DNA of 64,000 bases from Polyangiales bacterium (GTDB lineage: Bacteria; Myxococcota_A; Polyangia; Polyangiales; Polyangiaceae), in contig JBBRLQ010000002.1 of NCBI GenBank assembly GCA_038231275.1, forward strand, positions 544,001-608,000, in the 5' to 3' direction. Below the pieces are notes generated by a model. The model worked only from the letters and a program-made list of their open reading frames with translations, did no database searches and was not told the DNA's origin. Shown one piece after another: positions 60,984-64,000 of the stretch; within the stretch, counting starts at the first letter, position 1; every line of letters begins with the position of its first letter. The translations under genes were made by a program, and so were the position numbers.

Positions 60984-61891
60984 TAGAAGATCCACCGAAA
61001 GCCGTAGTACCAGGCGACGCCGATGTGCACCGACACGCTGAGGACCATCAAGAGCGCGAGGAAGCGATGAATCGAGCGCCACGAGCGCATCACCGCTCCG
61101 CCGGCGTGCGTGTCGACTTCCGAGGCCGCGAGCTGGCCGAGCTCCTCGATGAGCGCGCGAACGAACTTGGGGTCTTTTACTTCGACCACGCGCGCGAGCT
61201 TGTCGCCTCGAACGGCCTCTCCCATTCCGCGCCGCCGTTGCCTGGCCTCGAGGATCCAACGCGGCATCGTCACAACCGCGCGAAAGATCGACGCGTCGGC
61301 CGGGAGCCGCGTCACCGGCGCCGTCTTGACGAACTCCTCCACGCGCTTCGCGACGCCGGGCAACAGCGGCTGAATCTCCGCGAGTCGGTCCTTGAGCGGC
61401 TTGAGACCCGCCTTTGGGACGAGCGCGTAGAGGTAGAGGCCGATGAGGCCCGTGAGGACCACGATGCCGAGGCTCACCGACGTGAGCGTCGCGATCGGCG
61501 TGCGCAGCTGGAACGCCGAGTGGAACACCACGAGCAGCGACCCCACGAGCCCGGTGAAGACGTGGATGTTGAGCCACGTCTTCATGGTGCCGAACGAGTC
61601 TGGGATGTAACGGGCGAACCGCCGCCGCACGAGGTAGAGCAGGTTCGTCAGGATCAGCGCGGTCCCGACGATGCCGTAGCCGTGGCCCAAGAACCCGGAG
61701 GGGCTCAGCGTCCGGAAGTCCTGATGGTCGACGCGGGCGTCGAGGGAGAGCCGGTAGTAGCTCATGCCGCGCCAGAAGAGGAGCGCGGTCAGGAGCACGA
61801 GAATGAGCACCGTGAGGACCAGCGCGATGCGCCGCGGCTTCGCCGGCTCCGGCCCACCCGCGGGTCCGCTCGTCGTGACGACCTGGCTCAT
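60983..61891 (-). CDS. Inner-membrane protein, putative di-heme cytochrome b / ferric-reductase-like TM domain
   Basis: About 5 TM helices; two helices each with H-x13-H; TAATG-coupled to the 23-heme gene. Confidence 0.75.
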   Translation of the reverse strand: MSQVVTTSGPAGGPEPAKPRRIALVLTVLILVLLTALLFWRGMSYYRLSLDARVDHQDFRTLSPSGFLGHGYGIVGTALILTNLLYLVRRRFARYIPDSFGTMKTWLNIHVFTGLVGSLLVVFHSAFQLRTPIATLTSVSLGIVVLTGLIGLYLYALVPKAGLKPLKDRLAEIQPLLPGVAKRVEEFVKTAPVTRLPADASIFRAVVTMPRWILEARQRRRGMGEAVRGDKLARVVEVKDPKFVRALIEELGQLAASEVDTHAGGAVMRSWRSIHRFLALLMVLSVSVHIGVAWYYGFRWIF

Positions 61892-62011
61892 TGGCTCCCC
61901 AGGAGACCAGAGACGCGCGCGCTCGTACCAGACAAATCCGGCGCACTCCTGCCCTCCGCGATCGATCCTCGAGCGGATCTTCGGCTCAGCGTCATCCGTG
62001 CCTGGTGTGAA

Positions 62012-62635
62012 TCAGAATCCGTCGGAGCGGCGCGCCGCGAGTGCGACCGCGCTCACCGTCTGCGGCGGCGCCCGGCGAGGCGCGCGAGTGGCCTTGCGCG
62101 AGTTTCTCTTCTCCGGCGTCGCGGTGGCCGACGGCGCGTCCTTCGCCGGCTTCGCCTCCGGCGTGATCGGCTTGGCGGCAGGGGCGACCGGAGAGACCGC
62201 AGCGAGCGGCGAGACCGGTGCGACGTTGGTGACCGTCGGCGGTGCAGCGATCGGCGCGGCGACCGGCGCAGGTGCAGGCGCGGCTACCGCGGCGACGACT
62301 GCAGGAGCAGCGACGGGCGCATCCGTCGCGCCGCGCCCCAGAACGATCGCGTGCCCTCGCTCGACGATGAACGACCGCGTCGACCCATCCACGAAGATCG
62401 CGCCGACGACGACGAGGAGGGCCGCGGCGATTACGTACCGGACCTTCCCGTGACGCTTCTTCGGGGCGATGCCCTGAAGCGCGTTGAAGAACGCCGGGCT
62501 CAGCTCGACGAGGGCCGTCTGAATTTCCGTGAGCGACTCGAACGCCCTGCGGATGACCGGCGGGTCGTAGTCCGTCGCGTCTAGGAGGGCCAATCGACGC
62601 GCGCTCGAGGGGGGAGGGTTAGCCACGTTCGACAT
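62012..62635 (-). CDS. Hypothetical single-pass membrane protein with Pro/Ala-rich tail
   Basis: One TM (YVIAAALLVVVGAIFV); low-complexity C-terminus. Confidence 0.6.
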   Translation of the reverse strand: MSNVANPPPSSARRLALLDATDYDPPVIRRAFESLTEIQTALVELSPAFFNALQGIAPKKRHGKVRYVIAAALLVVVGAIFVDGSTRSFIVERGHAIVLGRGATDAPVAAPAVVAAVAAPAPAPVAAPIAAPPTVTNVAPVSPLAAVSPVAPAAKPITPEAKPAKDAPSATATPEKRNSRKATRAPRRAPPQTVSAVALAARRSDGF

Positions 62636-62788
62636 GCGCTCTGTAGGTGGGGTGCCAGCCTTTGGAGGCGGCAGGAAAGAGCAGTCACCGGCAAAAAATC
62701 GCCTGCTTACCTGGATCTTCGACGCACCGGCGGCGTCGCGCCGCGCGCTTGAGCTATCGCCAAATGACCATGAATCGCGTAGTTAGAG

Positions 62789-62806
62789 TGGATCGTAAAC
62801 GATCCA
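62789..62806. promoter_or_regulatory. Perfect inverted repeat (operator or hairpin)
   Basis: TGGATCGT-AA-ACGATCCA. Confidence 0.45.
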
Positions 62807-62841
62807 GCCGCTCGTTGCTCCTCTAGTTAGTACTCCAACGC

Positions 62842-64000
62842 CTACTTCACGCCGGCCGCGTGGCACTTCAGGCAATAGTTCGTCGTCACGTCCCCGGTCG
62901 GGTAGTTCGGGACGGGGCCTCCGCCGTCGGGCCGTGAGAGGTGCCAGGCGTCGATGGCCGGGCTGACGTGCGAGCCGAGGTGGCAGTGGATGCAGTCGGT
63001 GTTCGCGCCGCCGGCCGAAACGCCCTTCGCGAGGACGTGGCAATCCTGGCAGGTGATGCCGGGGTTCGCGTGGATGCCCGTAGTCACCGCGAACTTCGCC
63101 TCGGGGTGAGGCCCAGTGATCGCCGGCTTCCAGCCCGCCATCTGGTGGCAGTTGAGGCACGTATGCGGGAACGTCGAGTGGTTCGGGAACGTGCTCGCAT
63201 CCGCAGCCGCCTTGTGACACGCGTAGCAATCGGTCGTCGTGCCTTTGTACACGGGCGTCGGGCCCGTATGGCAGCCGACGCACGCGACGAGGACGTGCTT
63301 CCCCTGAAGCGGCCACGTGTGATTGTAGGAGCTCGGCTTCCATCCGGCTGCCGTGTGGCAATCCGAGCAGCTCGTGGAGAGCCCCTTGTGGATCGGGCTC
63401 GCCGCCTTGTCGGCATCCTTCTGGTGGCAGTCGGTGCACCCCTTGGGCGTGCCCTTGTAGAGCGGCGGATCGCCGGTGTGGCAGGAGTTGCACGGCGTGG
63501 TCGCGTGCACGCCGTCGAGCGGCCACGGATGCTGGAACGTCGACGGCTTGAACCCGACGTCGTTGTGGCAAAGCTTGCAGTCGAGCGGAAAGCCGGTGTG
63601 CTTCGGAGCGGTCGCGCCGTCGTAATCTTTTTTGTGGCACCCCTGGCAGTCCGTCGGCGTTTCGTTTGGATGGAAGCCGGTCGTGTGGCACGCCGTGCAC
63701 GTCGGGCCCACGTGCTTGTTCTGGAGCGGCCACCAGAAGTGGTTCTGCACTTGGGCGGGAACCCAGCCCTGCGTCGAGTGGCAGTCGTTGCACGTGTTCG
63801 GCAATTTGCCGACGTGCACGGGGTTCGCCGCCGCGTTGTAGCCCGCGGCGTGACACGAGTAGCACGCGGTGTTCTTCGCCTCCGCCGTGTCGTGGATGTT
63901 CTGCTGCCGGCCACACGCGAACGCGGCGACGAGCGCGGCGACGCCCAACGAAATCGTCAGGGCCGCGTGCGCTCGTCCTTTGGGGAGTGTGGCCGGTGGC
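62842..64000 (-). CDS. 14-heme cytochrome c lipoprotein (frame open to window edge; start probably outside the window)
   Basis: AAFAC lipobox-like; 14 CxxCH counted by hand; no stop upstream of 63948. Confidence 0.9.
   Translation of the reverse strand, partial: PPATLPKGRAHAALTISLGVAALVAAFACGRQQNIHDTAEAKNTACYSCHAAGYNAAANPVHVGKLPNTCNDCHSTQGWVPAQVQNHFWWPLQNKHVGPTCTACHTTGFHPNETPTDCQGCHKKDYDGATAPKHTGFPLDCKLCHNDVGFKPSTFQHPWPLDGVHATTPCNSCHTGDPPLYKGTPKGCTDCHQKDADKAASPIHKGLSTSCSDCHTAAGWKPSSYNHTWPLQGKHVLVACVGCHTGPTPVYKGTTTDCYACHKAAADASTFPNHSTFPHTCLNCHQMAGWKPAITGPHPEAKFAVTTGIHANPGITCQDCHVLAKGVSAGGANTDCIHCHLGSHVSPAIDAWHLSRPDGGGPVPNYPTGDVTTNYCLKCHAAGVK

Noticed and set aside
59142-61946. 934-aa ORF suggesting a large fusion cytochrome
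   Set aside because: The first ~320 aa are an off-frame shadow of the membrane protein gene; a signal peptide begins at ATG 60983, overlapping that gene's stop

Overview
Gene-dense, high-GC bacterial window whose content points to a myxobacterium, probably Polyangiales. This is inferred from the FHA-AAA+ regulator, the Hanks-type kinase with an AgmX/PglI-like C-terminus, many lipoproteins with DAG/SG-rich linkers and a DUF1585-like operon. I saw no rRNA, tRNA, CRISPR array or mobile element. Main points: (1) At the right end is a translationally coupled operon of an inner-membrane di-heme-b-like protein, a 23-heme cytochrome c, a 10-heme cytochrome c and a probable outer-membrane beta-barrel, with a 14-heme lipoprotein upstream; together this is a candidate trans-envelope electron conduit with 47 CxxCH motifs. 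(2) A compact FAAL-ACP-PKS cluster has a single module KS-(deleted AT)-KR-ACP-terminal reductase, flanked by an acyl-CoA dehydrogenase and a flavin monooxygenase. (3) A pseudokinase-STAND-TM-TonB-like protein and a GAFTGA-less enhancer-binding protein bracket a four-gene operon of secreted proteins, two with a single CxxCH motif. (4) An ECF42 sigma factor with YciI genes and a shared promoter motif, several ArsR/LysR/TetR modules with visible operators, and three damaged genes. All family assignments come from motif recognition by eye, not database searches. Many starts were moved from the ORF track using RBS and stop/start overlap evidence.
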